From Trypanosoma brucei (taxonomy: Eukaryota): a stretch of 64,000 nt of DNA. Positions within the stretch are counted from its first letter, which is position 1, and each line of letters starts with the position of its first letter. Where the stretch lies: positions 704,001 through 768,000 of the forward strand of contig CP000068.1 in assembly GCA_000002445.1 (NCBI GenBank), given 5' to 3'. The notes beneath the pieces are model-generated. The model did not search any database. It saw only the letters and a program-made list of their open reading frames with translations, and had not been told where the DNA came from. Shown here piece by piece: positions 63,934 to 64,000 of the stretch. The translations under genes were made by a program, and so were the position numbers.

Positions 63934-64000
63934 ATGAGCAAAGCTGCGGTTTCACGTCCACGCGTGTATGTTCGGATTCGGCCCCTAAATGAACGGGAAA
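63934..64000 (+). CDS. kinesin, 5' end only (continues beyond window)
   Basis: MSKAAVSRPRVYVRIRPLNERE. The (R)VYVRIRPLNxxE opening is the canonical first beta-strand motif of kinesin motor domains. The ATG is at 63934. Only 22 codons are visible. Confidence 0.5.
   Translation, partial: MSKAAVSRPRVYVRIRPLNERE

Noticed and set aside
1-64000. Search for a prokaryotic-style defence or novel multi-gene 'system', mobile element, integrase or toxin-antitoxin pair
   Set aside because: The sequence shows trypanosomatid features throughout. The candidate small ORFs at 15-494 and 880-1230 have no toxin/antitoxin hallmarks. No transposase, reverse-transcriptase (ingi/SLACS-like) or recombinase motifs were seen. 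Functional clustering of neighbouring genes is not expected in kinetoplastid polycistrons.

Overview
This window is not prokaryotic. It reads as a chromosome-internal stretch of a trypanosomatid (kinetoplastid) genome, most like an African-trypanosome-type Trypanosoma. All convincing ORFs are intron-less and sit on the + strand, and every inter-CDS gap carries long polypyrimidine tracts followed by AG, typical of trans-splice acceptor regions. Gaps of 1-3.6 kb are rich in (TA)n, (CA)n and T(n)G(n) microsatellites. That makes this one unidirectional polycistronic transcription unit with no strand switch, tRNA, rRNA, CRISPR or recognisable mobile element. I count about 19 protein-coding genes. 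Several ORF-track starts are GTG or TTG, so I moved those CDS starts to the first in-frame ATG. The recognisable products are: an RNI-like LRR protein; a PlsC-type acyltransferase; a 2,237-aa Brr2/U5-200K-like tandem DExH-Sec63 helicase; a formin (FH1 + FH2); an NPPF-motif (PCIF1-like?) protein; a possible Mak10/Naa35-like protein; a 4,417-aa giant whose C-terminus matches a FATC domain behind a degenerate kinase-like segment (a Tra1/TRRAP-like pseudo-PIKK); a GT60-like type-II glycosyltransferase; a pseudo-kinesin with an RG/SG low-complexity N-terminus; two tandem alpha/beta-hydrolase paralogues, one with a Cys at the nucleophile position; a PLAC8-like Cys-rich protein; a USP-family deubiquitinase; and the first 22 codons of a canonical kinesin at the window end. 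The clearest non-coding signal is an exactly duplicated 84-nt element (41620-41703 and 41813-41896) that begins with box C (GUGAUGA) and ends with box D (CUGA), i.e. a tandem C/D snoRNA pair. I found no prokaryotic-style defence or accessory system. The most interesting leads are the FATC-terminated pseudokinase giant, the snoRNA pair, the NPPF-motif protein as a candidate N6-adenine methyltransferase, and the diverged hydrolase paralogue.
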